Positions 43,794 through 52,786 of a DNA stretch of 64,000 nt are shown here, one piece after another (the stretch's first letter is position 1; every line of letters begins with the position of its first letter). Made by a program: the position numbers and the translations under genes. The notes under the pieces were generated by a model. It saw nothing but the letters and a program-made list of their open reading frames with translations. It was not told where the DNA came from and ran no database searches. This DNA comes from an uncultured Bacteroides sp. (GTDB lineage Bacteria; Bacteroidota; Bacteroidia; Bacteroidales; SM23-62), in contig CAYSJH010000015.1 in assembly GCA_964431315.1 (NCBI GenBank), positions 8,352 through 72,351 of the forward strand, in the 5' to 3' direction.

Positions 43794-46700
43794 ATGAAAA
43801 AAATGTACAAGAAGTTTAAATTTATCTCACTGGGTCTCTCGGCAATCTTCCTGAGCTCTGCCGTCCTTGCCCAGCCGGCTGCTCCGACCGGTCTTACAGT
43901 TACGGCATATGGAACGGCAGAAATGCAGTTACGATGGGGACCAGCCGGTGATTCTTCCTTTGTGATCCAGGTATCCACCGACGATCTCACCTACATGTCA
44001 GTAGATACCGTTGCTAAAATGGATACCCTGGTGATCATTGGTGGGTTGGATGCCGGTATTGACCCCTATTACGTACAGGTATTCGAATTGAGTGCCCTCG
44101 GAAACGGAGATACCACTTCCGTAAGTGGAAAGACTACGAGTCCGAACCTGGAGGTCCATTTCCCGCTGAATGACCTTGACGGGGATACTGCCATCGTCGA
44201 CGCGATCAGTGGCAGCAGGACAAAAGCCATGGGAACGGGACAGGTTACGATCTTGGATGCGGGAAGTTCAGGCCTCAGCATGCCGGCTGTCCATTTTGGC
44301 CAGGCTTCCCTTCCTCCGCTAAGTGTTTACGTCCCGATAACGGACATTGTAGCTGCAAGTGAAATGGCTGCTTCCCTGCTCGAAAGGTCAATTTCTTTCT
44401 GGCTTAAAAATGACGAACCTGACAGATGGGCTATCCCCCTCTCAATCGCTAAGCGCACAGGGATGACCATTGCCTTTAAGAATGACTCGATCTGGGCATT
44501 TACCAAACAGAGGGTGAATGCTGGAACCGGGAATAACTTCCATGCGCAGGGATTTGGAGTACCTTATACGAAAGGTTCCGGATGGGCCTATATTAATTAT
44601 GTATACCATGAACCCTACACGTACCTCTATATCAATGGTAAGCTTGCCGGCTCCATGAAGGCTGCCGATCCGGTCTATCCCTTTGCTGAAGGTAAGAGTG
44701 GCTGGCCGTTCGTTGGGCCCTGGGGCTCCGGAGGGGATAAAGACTATGAAATTGGTGCACTGTATAATCCCTGTGTCGCCAATGTAGTATATCTGGGTGG
44801 AACTTATGACGCAAATGCCATCATGCAGAAATTTTTCGGATCCATGGCCGACCTGAAGTTTCACAATTTTGCCCTCTCCCCAGATTCAATCCAGGCAATG
44901 TTTGATGAAATGGCTGCTGACCTGAATCTCAAAGTTACTGCAAAGGGACCGGATAGATTGGCACTTGTATGGGACACGGTACCCGGAGCTAACAGCTACC
45001 AGATCCTTCAGGACGGCGCCATCATCGACACGCTTAAAATGCAGAAAGGACAGTACATCGCCGAAGGATTGACAGCTGAGACTGAATACAGCTTCGAGAT
45101 CAATGCACTTGGTGCTGGACTGGCTTCCTTAGGCAATACCGCGACAGCCTCCACTCTTGCCATGGAGCTCATGGTACATCTGCCGCTGGATGCCCTCGTA
45201 AACGACAGCATCGAGAACATCGTTGATGGTACCATGGACCTGAAAGAAAGGGGTACCATTACTGCTGTTGATGCAGCAAGCACGGGACTTGGAGTTGGAG
45301 CTCTGAAATTCAACAGCTCTGAGCTGCCGCCGATTGTAAGTTATTTCAAGCTTTACAACACGGTAGATAAATTTGCAAACCAGGCACTGCTTGGCAGGAC
45401 CGTGAACTTCTGGTTGAAAATGGAAAACGACCAGACGGCTGTTCCCTTCTCATTCGGAAAACGCCGTGGCGGCGGGATCCTGATCGAGAATGGCAAGGTA
45501 CATGCCATGACTGGAGCAAGGGTTAATGGCAGTAACCAGTGGGCCGACAGCACGGGTGCCGATTATACTCCGGGGGACTGGTCCATGATCACCTACCAGT
45601 ACGACTTCCCCGTCACAAGAGTTTACGTCAACGGCATTCTGGCCGATGAAAGCGACGGTCTGGGTTATTACGCCGCAGCCGATGACAGGAACTGGCCGAC
45701 CCCTCTCGAAGACTACTGGGAAGCCAATCCATACGGCAGTGAAACAGGCTCTTCTGCACAGCTCGGTGCACAGGATGATCCCTTCTACCCGATGGTATAT
45801 TACTGGAGGCTTCCGGGATGGGATCCTGGGTATACTTCCTATATTAAATGGGGACTGAATGGCATGATGGCCGATATGAGGATGTTCAATTACGCTGTAT
45901 CTGCCGATGACCTCAAGGCAATGTTTGACAGCGTGGTTGTTGAACTGAATCTCAAAGTCACCGCAAAGGGACCTGAGAGACTGGCACTTGTGTGGGATAG
46001 TGTGCCCGGGGTCACCAGCTATGAGATACTGCAGGACGGTTCTGTGATCGAAACCCTGCATATCCAGGCCAAACAGTTCATCGCTGAAGGTCTGACCGCG
46101 CAAACGGAATACACCTTCCAGGTTAATCCGGTGGGTGCAGGCAAGGCTGCTTTGAAAAATATGGCCACAGCCACCACACTTGCAGAGGAAATGATGGTAC
46201 GCCTCCCGCTTGATGAGCTAATAAATGACAGCATCGAGAATATCGTGGACGGTACCATGGACCTCAAGGAAAGGGGTACCATTACGGTTGTTGATGGGGC
46301 AAGCACGGGACTTGCACCTCATATTGGCGGAGTTGGGGCTCTCAGATTTACCAGCACAGAACTGCCGCCGATCGTAAGTTATTTCAAGCTTTATAACACT
46401 GTGTATGATTTTGCTAATCAAGCACTTCTGGGAAGGACCGTAAATTTCTGGCTGAAAATGGAGAATGACCAGACGGCCGTTCCCTTCTCCTTCGGGAAAC
46501 GCCGTGGCGGCGGGATCCTGATCGAGAATGGCATGGTACATGCCATGACGGGAGCCAGGGTTAATGGCAGTAACCAGTGGGCCGACAGCACGGGTGCCGA
46601 TTATACTCCCGGGGAATGGTCCATGATCACCTACCAGTATGATTTCCCGGTCACAAGAGTCTTCGTCAACGGCGTTCTGGCTGATGAAAGCGACGGCCTG

Positions 46701-47231
46701 GGTTATTATGCCGCAGCCGATGACAGGAACTGGCCGACACCGCTCGAGGATTACTGGGAAGCCAATGAATACGGAAACGAAAACGGATCTTCCGCACAGC
46801 TCGGAGCACAGGACGATCCCTTCTACCCGATGGTATATTACTGGAGGCTTCCGGGATGGGATCCTGGGTATACTTCCTACATTAAATGGGGACTGAATGG
46901 CATGATGGCCGATATGAGGATGTATAACTTCGCACTGACTGCGGATTCAATCATGAACCTTTACCATGAATATATGCCGCCCGATGCAGTCAGGGATGTT
47001 TCAGCGGAAAAAGTACAGGTATATCCGAACCCGGCTTCCGGTGTACTCTACATTAAGAATGCTGAAGGATCAGATATTTCGATATTTAACAGTGTGGGTC
47101 AGTTGGTTCTGAGTACCAGGCTTTACAGCGGTAATCAGGTCGACATCGCGGCACTTGATCCTGGCATCTACTTCCTGAGAGTTTCCAAAGACAAGGAAAT
47201 CTCGACGGTAAGGTTCTCTATTATTAAATAA
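43794..47231 (+). CDS. secreted protein with three [Fn3 + LamG/concanavalin-like (Laminin_G_3-type)] modules and a T9SS C-terminal sorting domain
   Basis: It has a signal peptide (...SSAVLA-QP). There are three Fn3-like units (PTGLTVTAYG...; LNLKVTAKGPDRLALVWDTVPGANSYQILQDG...; LNLKVTAKGPERLALVWDSVPGVTSYEILQDG...). Each is followed by a LamG_3-like unit (...SISFWLK / VNFWLKMEND ... YVNGILAD ... MADMRMFNYAVS). The C-terminus VQVYPNPASGVLYIKN...GIYFLRV... is a T9SS CTD. Confidence 0.8.
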   Translation: MKKMYKKFKFISLGLSAIFLSSAVLAQPAAPTGLTVTAYGTAEMQLRWGPAGDSSFVIQVSTDDLTYMSVDTVAKMDTLVIIGGLDAGIDPYYVQVFELSALGNGDTTSVSGKTTSPNLEVHFPLNDLDGDTAIVDAISGSRTKAMGTGQVTILDAGSSGLSMPAVHFGQASLPPLSVYVPITDIVAASEMAASLLERSISFWLKNDEPDRWAIPLSIAKRTGMTIAFKNDSIWAFTKQRVNAGTGNNFHAQGFGVPYTKGSGWAYINYVYHEPYTYLYINGKLAGSMKAADPVYPFAEGKSGWPFVGPWGSGGDKDYEIGALYNPCVANVVYLGGTYDANAIMQKFFGSMADLKFHNFALSPDSIQAMFDEMAADLNLKVTAKGPDRLALVWDTVPGANSYQILQDGAIIDTLKMQKGQYIAEGLTAETEYSFEINALGAGLASLGNTATASTLAMELMVHLPLDALVNDSIENIVDGTMDLKERGTITAVDAASTGLGVGALKFNSSELPPIVSYFKLYNTVDKFANQALLGRTVNFWLKMENDQTAVPFSFGKRRGGGILIENGKVHAMTGARVNGSNQWADSTGADYTPGDWSMITYQYDFPVTRVYVNGILADESDGLGYYAAADDRNWPTPLEDYWEANPYGSETGSSAQLGAQDDPFYPMVYYWRLPGWDPGYTSYIKWGLNGMMADMRMFNYAVSADDLKAMFDSVVVELNLKVTAKGPERLALVWDSVPGVTSYEILQDGSVIETLHIQAKQFIAEGLTAQTEYTFQVNPVGAGKAALKNMATATTLAEEMMVRLPLDELINDSIENIVDGTMDLKERGTITVVDGASTGLAPHIGGVGALRFTSTELPPIVSYFKLYNTVYDFANQALLGRTVNFWLKMENDQTAVPFSFGKRRGGGILIENGMVHAMTGARVNGSNQWADSTGADYTPGEWSMITYQYDFPVTRVFVNGVLADESDGLGYYAAADDRNWPTPLEDYWEANEYGNENGSSAQLGAQDDPFYPMVYYWRLPGWDPGYTSYIKWGLNGMMADMRMYNFALTADSIMNLYHEYMPPDAVRDVSAEKVQVYPNPASGVLYIKNAEGSDISIFNSVGQLVLSTRLYSGNQVDIAALDPGIYFLRVSKDKEISTVRFSIIK
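44922..46975 (+). repeat. in-frame tandem duplication, two units of about 1023 and 1030 nt inside the Fn3/LamG gene
   Basis: The units start at 44922 and 45945 (CTGAATCTCAAAGT[T/C]AC[T/C]GCAAAGGGACC). There are long identical runs, e.g. CCCTTCTACCCGATGGTATATTACTGGAGGCTTCCGGGATGGGATCCTGGGTATACTTCCTA in both. Hand estimates of protein identity are about 86% overall and about 94% over the LamG core. A 5-aa insertion (APHIG) occurs in unit 2. Confidence 0.9.
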
Positions 47232-47242
47232 CAGCCCTTTTT

Positions 47243-47271
47243 GGAAGAACCGGGACATTCCCGGTTCTTCC
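47243..47271 (+). terminator. perfect 13-bp hairpin just after the Fn3/LamG stop codon
   Basis: GGAAGAACCGGGA-cat-TCCCGGTTCTTCC. There is no U-tract directly after it, so it may be an RNA-stability hairpin or the first of a double terminator. Confidence 0.5.
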
Positions 47272-47284
47272 TTACTCATAGAAA

Positions 47285-47321
47285 GCCTTGCCCAACAACT
47301 GCGGAGGGCAGGGCTTTTTTT
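47285..47321 (+). terminator. Rho-independent terminator
   Basis: The stem is GCCTTGCCC / GGGCAGGGC (9 bp, one G-U pair) with a 12-nt loop, followed by T7 (47315-47321). Confidence 0.7.
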
Positions 47322-47420
47322 CTGACAATTCTCTAACCGGTACACCATTGGAAAACAGGATAAACATCCCCGGGAGGAACGTGGATCGTCCTGAAAAAGA
47401 TTTTACTTGTTACAAATGAG

Positions 47421-49166
47421 ATGATGCGTTTGATTTTCGGTCGAATCCCGAGGATAAACCTGTTGATAATACCTGGACTTCTGCTTGTCCTGGGTTCGTG
47501 TTCTGCTCCCGGAACTGATGAACATTCCTGGCTTATCCTGGACATGGTCCATCACAATCCCGGGGAATCCTATACGGCCACTTCCTTCACAAAGCCGGAA
47601 AAACTTGCCGATTACGGTTATACCGCTTGTGTGATCAATGATTTTAAATTCGTCCACTGCGCCATCACCTACGATTCTTTCGATCCCCGGATTTTTCCTG
47701 AAGGCAGCAGGGAAAGGGAATGGGTTATGGAAGCTGCATCGGAGCTGGAGACAAAGATCAGGGCCTGTCACAATGCGGGCATCAAAGCCTATTGTTTCAT
47801 GGACATCATCGTTCTCCCGAAATCACTCGTGGAACTGTTCAGGGAGGATCTCTGCGACGAAAACGGAAACATTACATTCCAGAAACCGCTGACCGAGAAA
47901 GTACACCGCATCATGATCCGGGAGATCTTTCAACGCTTTCCTACCCTGGATGGGCTCGTGATCCGGACCGGAGAAACCTACCTGCACAATGTTCCCTACC
48001 ATACCGGGAACAACCCCATCCTGAACGGTGCAAGCTGCCACGTCAGGCTATTAAATATCCTTAGGGAAGAAGCCTGTGAAAAGCTCAACAAGACGATCAT
48101 TTACCGCACCTGGGATTTCGGTGATTTCCATGTAAAACCTGATTATTACCTGGAAGTAACCGACCAGGTTGAACCTCATAAAAATCTTTATTTCTCGATC
48201 AAACACACGGAAGGGGATTATCACCGCACCTTCCCTTTCAATCCCACCCTGGGCATTGGTAAACATAAGCAGATCGTAGAGGTGCAGTGCCAGCGTGAAT
48301 ACGAAGGCAAAGGTGCACATCCGGACTATGTTATAAAGGGAGTGCTGGACGGCTTTGAAGAATACAGGGTGAGCCCGCCCCCGGTGGGACTGAACGATCT
48401 GAAGGGCAACCCTAACTTCTGCGGCATCTGGTCCTGGTCCCGCGGCGGAGGATGGAAGGGCCCGTACATCAGCAATGAACTGTGGTGCGATCTGAATGCC
48501 TATATGATCAGCCACTGGGCTGCTTCACCGGAGACGCCTGAAAAGGAAATCTTTAAAACTTACACGGACAAACTAGGACTGTCCGAAGCCGATGCTGCCA
48601 GGTTCCGAAGGATCGCCCTCCTTTCTGCCGACGGGGTGGTGAGGGGACACAACAGCCTGATCCACCCGGTCAATGTCTGGTGGACGCGGGACCAGTTTTT
48701 CGGGGGACTCGACCTTCTTGCCGATGATTTCAGGTCCATCATCGAAATGGGCCAGACGGATGCCGTGATGGCGGAAAAAGACAGCTGTGTGGCAATCTGG
48801 AAAGAGATCTGCCGCCTTGCCTCCGAGGTCAGCAGCGGCGATGAGTCTTTCCGGTCCTGCCTGGTGGTCTCCTGCAAATACGGCCTCATTAAATATTCCA
48901 TCGTGAGGGAAGCATGGAAGATTATGCTGAAAGGGATGGAGGGGGACATGAACGGCAACTACGAAAGCCCGCAGATTCTGGAGGCCATCCAGAACTATGA
49001 AGATTTATGGTTAGAATTCATGCGGCTGAAAGAGACCAACCCGGATTGCGCTACCCTTTATGAACCCTATTCCTTCTATTTTGAATACCCGGACTATCAC
49101 CGTTCAGCAGGAATGGATTCTTCCGTTTACCAATATGAAAAATTGCTTGAAACCCACCTGAAATGA
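47421..49166 (+). CDS. lipoprotein of unassigned family, probable glycoside hydrolase (layout reminiscent of GH67/GH115-type alpha-glucuronidase catalytic domains)
   Basis: It has a lipoprotein signal (...LLLVLGSC). The DMVHHNPGE block follows soon after the signal. The order LDGLVIRTGETYLH ... IIYRTWDFG ... LYFSIKHTEGDYHRTFPFNPTLG ... QIVEVQCQREYEGKG loosely parallels the GH67 central domain. This is not a confident family call. The stop overlaps the next start (ATGA). Confidence 0.45.
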   Translation: MMRLIFGRIPRINLLIIPGLLLVLGSCSAPGTDEHSWLILDMVHHNPGESYTATSFTKPEKLADYGYTACVINDFKFVHCAITYDSFDPRIFPEGSREREWVMEAASELETKIRACHNAGIKAYCFMDIIVLPKSLVELFREDLCDENGNITFQKPLTEKVHRIMIREIFQRFPTLDGLVIRTGETYLHNVPYHTGNNPILNGASCHVRLLNILREEACEKLNKTIIYRTWDFGDFHVKPDYYLEVTDQVEPHKNLYFSIKHTEGDYHRTFPFNPTLGIGKHKQIVEVQCQREYEGKGAHPDYVIKGVLDGFEEYRVSPPPVGLNDLKGNPNFCGIWSWSRGGGWKGPYISNELWCDLNAYMISHWAASPETPEKEIFKTYTDKLGLSEADAARFRRIALLSADGVVRGHNSLIHPVNVWWTRDQFFGGLDLLADDFRSIIEMGQTDAVMAEKDSCVAIWKEICRLASEVSSGDESFRSCLVVSCKYGLIKYSIVREAWKIMLKGMEGDMNGNYESPQILEAIQNYEDLWLEFMRLKETNPDCATLYEPYSFYFEYPDYHRSAGMDSSVYQYEKLLETHLK

Positions 49167-51535
49167 TACGCTACGCCTTCCACAGAATGGCAGGCATCAT
49201 CTTTCTCATTCCCTGTGCTTTAAGTTTGTTCCTGCTTGCATCCTGCCGTTTTTCAGAATCCGGTCTCACCTGGATCAGTCCCGCTGCAGAAAGGGATACC
49301 GCCTACGGCGTATTTGAGTACCAGAATACTTTCGCTATAATGGATCCCCCGGAAAAGCTGCTTATAAATGTCAGTGCAGACAACCGCTACAAGCTGTTTC
49401 TCAATGGTGAACAGCTGGGACAGGGTCCGGCCCGTGGCTGCCTTGATCACTGGTTCTATGAAAGCTATGAGATCGGATCCCTGTTGAAACCCGGGAAGAA
49501 TGTGCTGAAGGCAATCGTCTGGAACGGGGGACGGGAAAGGCCCATGGCCCAGATCTCGGACCATACCGCCTTTTGCCTCTTTACTGCGGATGGTCCTGGC
49601 CGCCTCCTGAATACCGGTACCGGCAACTGGTCGGTCCGCCCGAACCGGGCCTACCACCCGGTCAATTTCGGCAATTCCGTGGCAGGAGGGTATTATGTTT
49701 GCGGACCGGGAGACAGCCTGGTCATGGAGGATTATCCGGATGAAGTCACCGGCCTTCCCGAGCCGGGGGAAGGATGGACCCAAGCGGTCAGCATTCCCGG
49801 GAAAGAGTCCAGGTGGAAGCTGGAAAAAAGAAACATTCCCCTGCCGGAGACCATCCCGGACCCCTCCCCTAACATTGTCCGGACCTCCGGAACATATTCC
49901 CCCGGGAACGATAACCACGTAATGCCACTGACCATACCCGCCCATCAAAAAGTCTCCATCCTGCTTGACCAGGGTTACCTTACGCTTGGTTATCCCGCCC
50001 TCAGGTTCAGCCGCGGTAAGGATTCAAGGGTAAGGATCACCTACGCCGAAGCACTTTTCGATGCGAATCATAACAAGGGGAACCGTGATGAAACCGAAGG
50101 AAAAGAGATCGAGGGATATTACGATGTCGTAATCCCGGATGGAAAGGAAAGCCGGATATTCACTCCCCTCTGGCTCAGGACTTACAGGTATGTACAGCTG
50201 GATGTTGAAACGTCCGCCGAGGAACTGGTGCTGGAAGACTTTTCGAATACATTCTCTGCTTATCCCCTGTCACGTGATGCCAGGTTTGAGAGCGATGACC
50301 CACGGCTTGTAGAAATCATGGAAACCGGCTGGCGTACCCTGCGCCTCTGCGCAGGAGAGACCTACTTCGACTGCCCATATTACGAACAGCTGCAATACGC
50401 AGGCGACACCCGCGTGCAGTCCCTGATCACCCTTTACCTGAGCAGTGACGACCGCCTGGTGCGCAATGCCATTGCACAGTTTCACCAGTCCCTTCAGCCC
50501 GAGGGGATCACCCTCAGCCGGTATCCGTCGCGCCAGGACCAGAAAATTCCACCTTTCTCCCTTTACTGGATCAGCATGATTTATGATTATTATATGCTCC
50601 GGGATGACGATGAATTCCTGGAACCTTTCCTGCCGGGGATTGAATCGGTCATCTCCTATTTCGAACAATACCTGGATGCCGGGGGACTATCCGGTCCCAT
50701 GCCCCACGGGGACACCGTTGGCGGATTACCCGAATACTGGTACTTCGAGGACTGGTCCAGGGGATTCTCCCGGGGAATTCCCCAGGGTGTATACGACAAC
50801 CGGTCCTCCGTGATCAGCCTTCACTTTGCCAATACCCTTTTACAGGCAGCCGCGGTGATGGAAGGATTCGAGAATCCATCCCTTGCAGCGGAATACCGCA
50901 ATCTTGCAGGGAAGGTTAACCGTGCGGTAATGGAGCATTGTTATGACCCACAAAGGGGACTGATCGCCCAGACCCCGGATAAAAAGCTTTTCAGCCAGCA
51001 TGCCAATATCCTGGGAGTGCTGTCAGGTGCCATTCCGAAAACGGGCCAGGCAGAACTCATGGAGCATGTACTCCATGATCCTGACCTGATCCAATGCTCC
51101 ATGTATTTCCAGTTTTACCTGTTCCAGGCCATGGTTGAAGCGGGACTGGGGGACCGCTACCTCGAAAGCCTGGGGTTCTGGTACCGGTCGCTTGAAATGG
51201 GACTCACCACTTTCCCCGAGAAGGAACGAAGCAGCCGCTCCGATTGCCATGCATGGAATGCCAGTCCCTGTTATGATTTCCTTGCAACCGTGGCAGGCAT
51301 CCGGCCGGCATCCCCCGGGTTCTGGACCGTACGGATAAGTCCCCATTTCGGCCACCTGTCCCGGATCAATGCGTCAATGCCCCATCCCAACGGATTTGTC
51401 AGGGTATTTCTCGAAAAAAATGCAGATGGAAAAATTACAGGTAAAATCCTGCTGCCTGATAATGTGAAGGGTAATTTAGAAATTAGCAATAAAAGTGTTA
51501 AGCTGGTGCCCGGAGAACAGGGTGTTATGCTTTAA
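49163..51535 (+). CDS. GH78-like alpha-L-rhamnosidase-type (alpha/alpha)6 glycosidase
   Basis: It has an N-terminal Bac_rhamnosid_N-like block (ADNRYKLFLNGEQLGQGPARG). The six-hairpin core has ETYFDCPYYEQLQYAGDTRVQ (compare the GH78 DCP...GD motif) and SDCHAWNASP near the C-terminus. Confidence 0.6.
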   Translation: MIRYAFHRMAGIIFLIPCALSLFLLASCRFSESGLTWISPAAERDTAYGVFEYQNTFAIMDPPEKLLINVSADNRYKLFLNGEQLGQGPARGCLDHWFYESYEIGSLLKPGKNVLKAIVWNGGRERPMAQISDHTAFCLFTADGPGRLLNTGTGNWSVRPNRAYHPVNFGNSVAGGYYVCGPGDSLVMEDYPDEVTGLPEPGEGWTQAVSIPGKESRWKLEKRNIPLPETIPDPSPNIVRTSGTYSPGNDNHVMPLTIPAHQKVSILLDQGYLTLGYPALRFSRGKDSRVRITYAEALFDANHNKGNRDETEGKEIEGYYDVVIPDGKESRIFTPLWLRTYRYVQLDVETSAEELVLEDFSNTFSAYPLSRDARFESDDPRLVEIMETGWRTLRLCAGETYFDCPYYEQLQYAGDTRVQSLITLYLSSDDRLVRNAIAQFHQSLQPEGITLSRYPSRQDQKIPPFSLYWISMIYDYYMLRDDDEFLEPFLPGIESVISYFEQYLDAGGLSGPMPHGDTVGGLPEYWYFEDWSRGFSRGIPQGVYDNRSSVISLHFANTLLQAAAVMEGFENPSLAAEYRNLAGKVNRAVMEHCYDPQRGLIAQTPDKKLFSQHANILGVLSGAIPKTGQAELMEHVLHDPDLIQCSMYFQFYLFQAMVEAGLGDRYLESLGFWYRSLEMGLTTFPEKERSSRSDCHAWNASPCYDFLATVAGIRPASPGFWTVRISPHFGHLSRINASMPHPNGFVRVFLEKNADGKITGKILLPDNVKGNLEISNKSVKLVPGEQGVML

Positions 51536-51574
51536 TTAACTGCATAAATTTAACTATGCAGATTATAATAAAAC

Positions 51575-52720
51575 ATGAAAGCCACATTTTATTTCATTCT
51601 GCTTATTTTGATTTGCCTGGCAAATACGGTACATTCCCAGTACCTGACTTACAAGATGAAGGATGAAGGAAATATGTGGAGTGTATTTCGCTACAGTGCA
51701 GAGAATTTAGGAGTAATATATGGAAATACATACCATATCATAATTCAGGGATATACCGTCTTGGAGGAAATGGCATACGAAAAATTATACCAGTGGATTC
51801 CGGAATATAATCAAACCGGTAACCTGATCGGGTTTTTGAGAGAGGACTGGCTGGAACGTAAAGTTTGGATGAGAACACTTGACGACAGGGAAGGATTGAT
51901 GTATGATTTCAGTGTGGCAAAGGGAGACAGCGTCCATGTTTATAATCCGTTTGAAAAGTTTACCTATACATTTATTGTGAATGAAGTAAGGAGTGAAAAT
52001 TTTAACGGTCATGATTATAAGATATGGATCTTCACCAATAGCTTGGATTACTGGATTGAAGAAATTGGAAGCGAATCGGGCTTGATATATTTAATGCCGG
52101 GAATGTGCGGTGGAGGGAGCAGACTGACCTGTTATACGGGCCGGTATGTGAATTATGTTAATCCGCGTTATAATACGTGTGAACCGGATACAGCTGTCAT
52201 TGAACTCACAACCGGTTCCCTGGATACTGCTATTATACACCAGGCGTATGAATTCCAGTTTGAAAGTACGGATAGTACTGGCAGCCATCATGCTGCTTAT
52301 CATGATTGCAGCGGGCACATGCCCGAGGGCTTATCACTGGTTGCAAAGACGGGCGTATTATCAGGGGTTCCCGAAGAAAGCGGGTCTTCCCGTTTAACGA
52401 TCTGTGTTTCAAACCAATGGTTCTGGACTGATTGCCGTGAGTATTACCTGTATGTTGATCCAGGTGCCGAGGCGACAGACGAAACAGCATTATCACACAG
52501 CATATTGTATCCTAATCCTGTGGTACATATCCTCAAGGTGGATCCGTGCATGCTTCAGACTCCCTGCAATTTTGAAATTATCGACCTGCTTGGCATCGTC
52601 CGGGCAAAAGGTAGAATTGAAGGTTCGCAGGTTACAGAAATTGATGTCGGGGGACTGAAAACGGGCATTTATTATCTGAAGACCGGGAAATCTTCCCCTG
52701 AGTTATTTATAAGAAATTAA
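51575..52720 (+). CDS. hypothetical T9SS-secreted protein (N-terminal domain of unknown function, He_PIG-like Ig unit, T9SS CTD)
   Basis: It has a signal peptide (MKATFYFILLILICLANTVHSQ). The WIEEIGSESGLIY block is common in uncharacterised Bacteroidetes T9SS cargo. GLSLVAKTGVLSGVPEESG is He_PIG-like. The C-terminus ILYPNPVVHILKV...GIYYLKT... is a T9SS CTD. The gene is visibly AT-rich relative to its neighbours. Confidence 0.7.
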   Translation: MKATFYFILLILICLANTVHSQYLTYKMKDEGNMWSVFRYSAENLGVIYGNTYHIIIQGYTVLEEMAYEKLYQWIPEYNQTGNLIGFLREDWLERKVWMRTLDDREGLMYDFSVAKGDSVHVYNPFEKFTYTFIVNEVRSENFNGHDYKIWIFTNSLDYWIEEIGSESGLIYLMPGMCGGGSRLTCYTGRYVNYVNPRYNTCEPDTAVIELTTGSLDTAIIHQAYEFQFESTDSTGSHHAAYHDCSGHMPEGLSLVAKTGVLSGVPEESGSSRLTICVSNQWFWTDCREYYLYVDPGAEATDETALSHSILYPNPVVHILKVDPCMLQTPCNFEIIDLLGIVRAKGRIEGSQVTEIDVGGLKTGIYYLKTGKSSPELFIRN

Positions 52721-52786
52721 TCCTCAGCATGCCTCACAATACGGATTAAAAATGTTGAAATCAATTCCAAATTAAAAAAAACACAA

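Noticed and set aside
44922-46975. Possibility that the 1-kb tandem repeat is a non-coding repeat array, CRISPR-like structure or mobile element.
   Set aside because: The period is about 1 kb and there is no short repeat/spacer organisation. Both units are in frame within one long ORF and encode complete Fn3+LamG modules.
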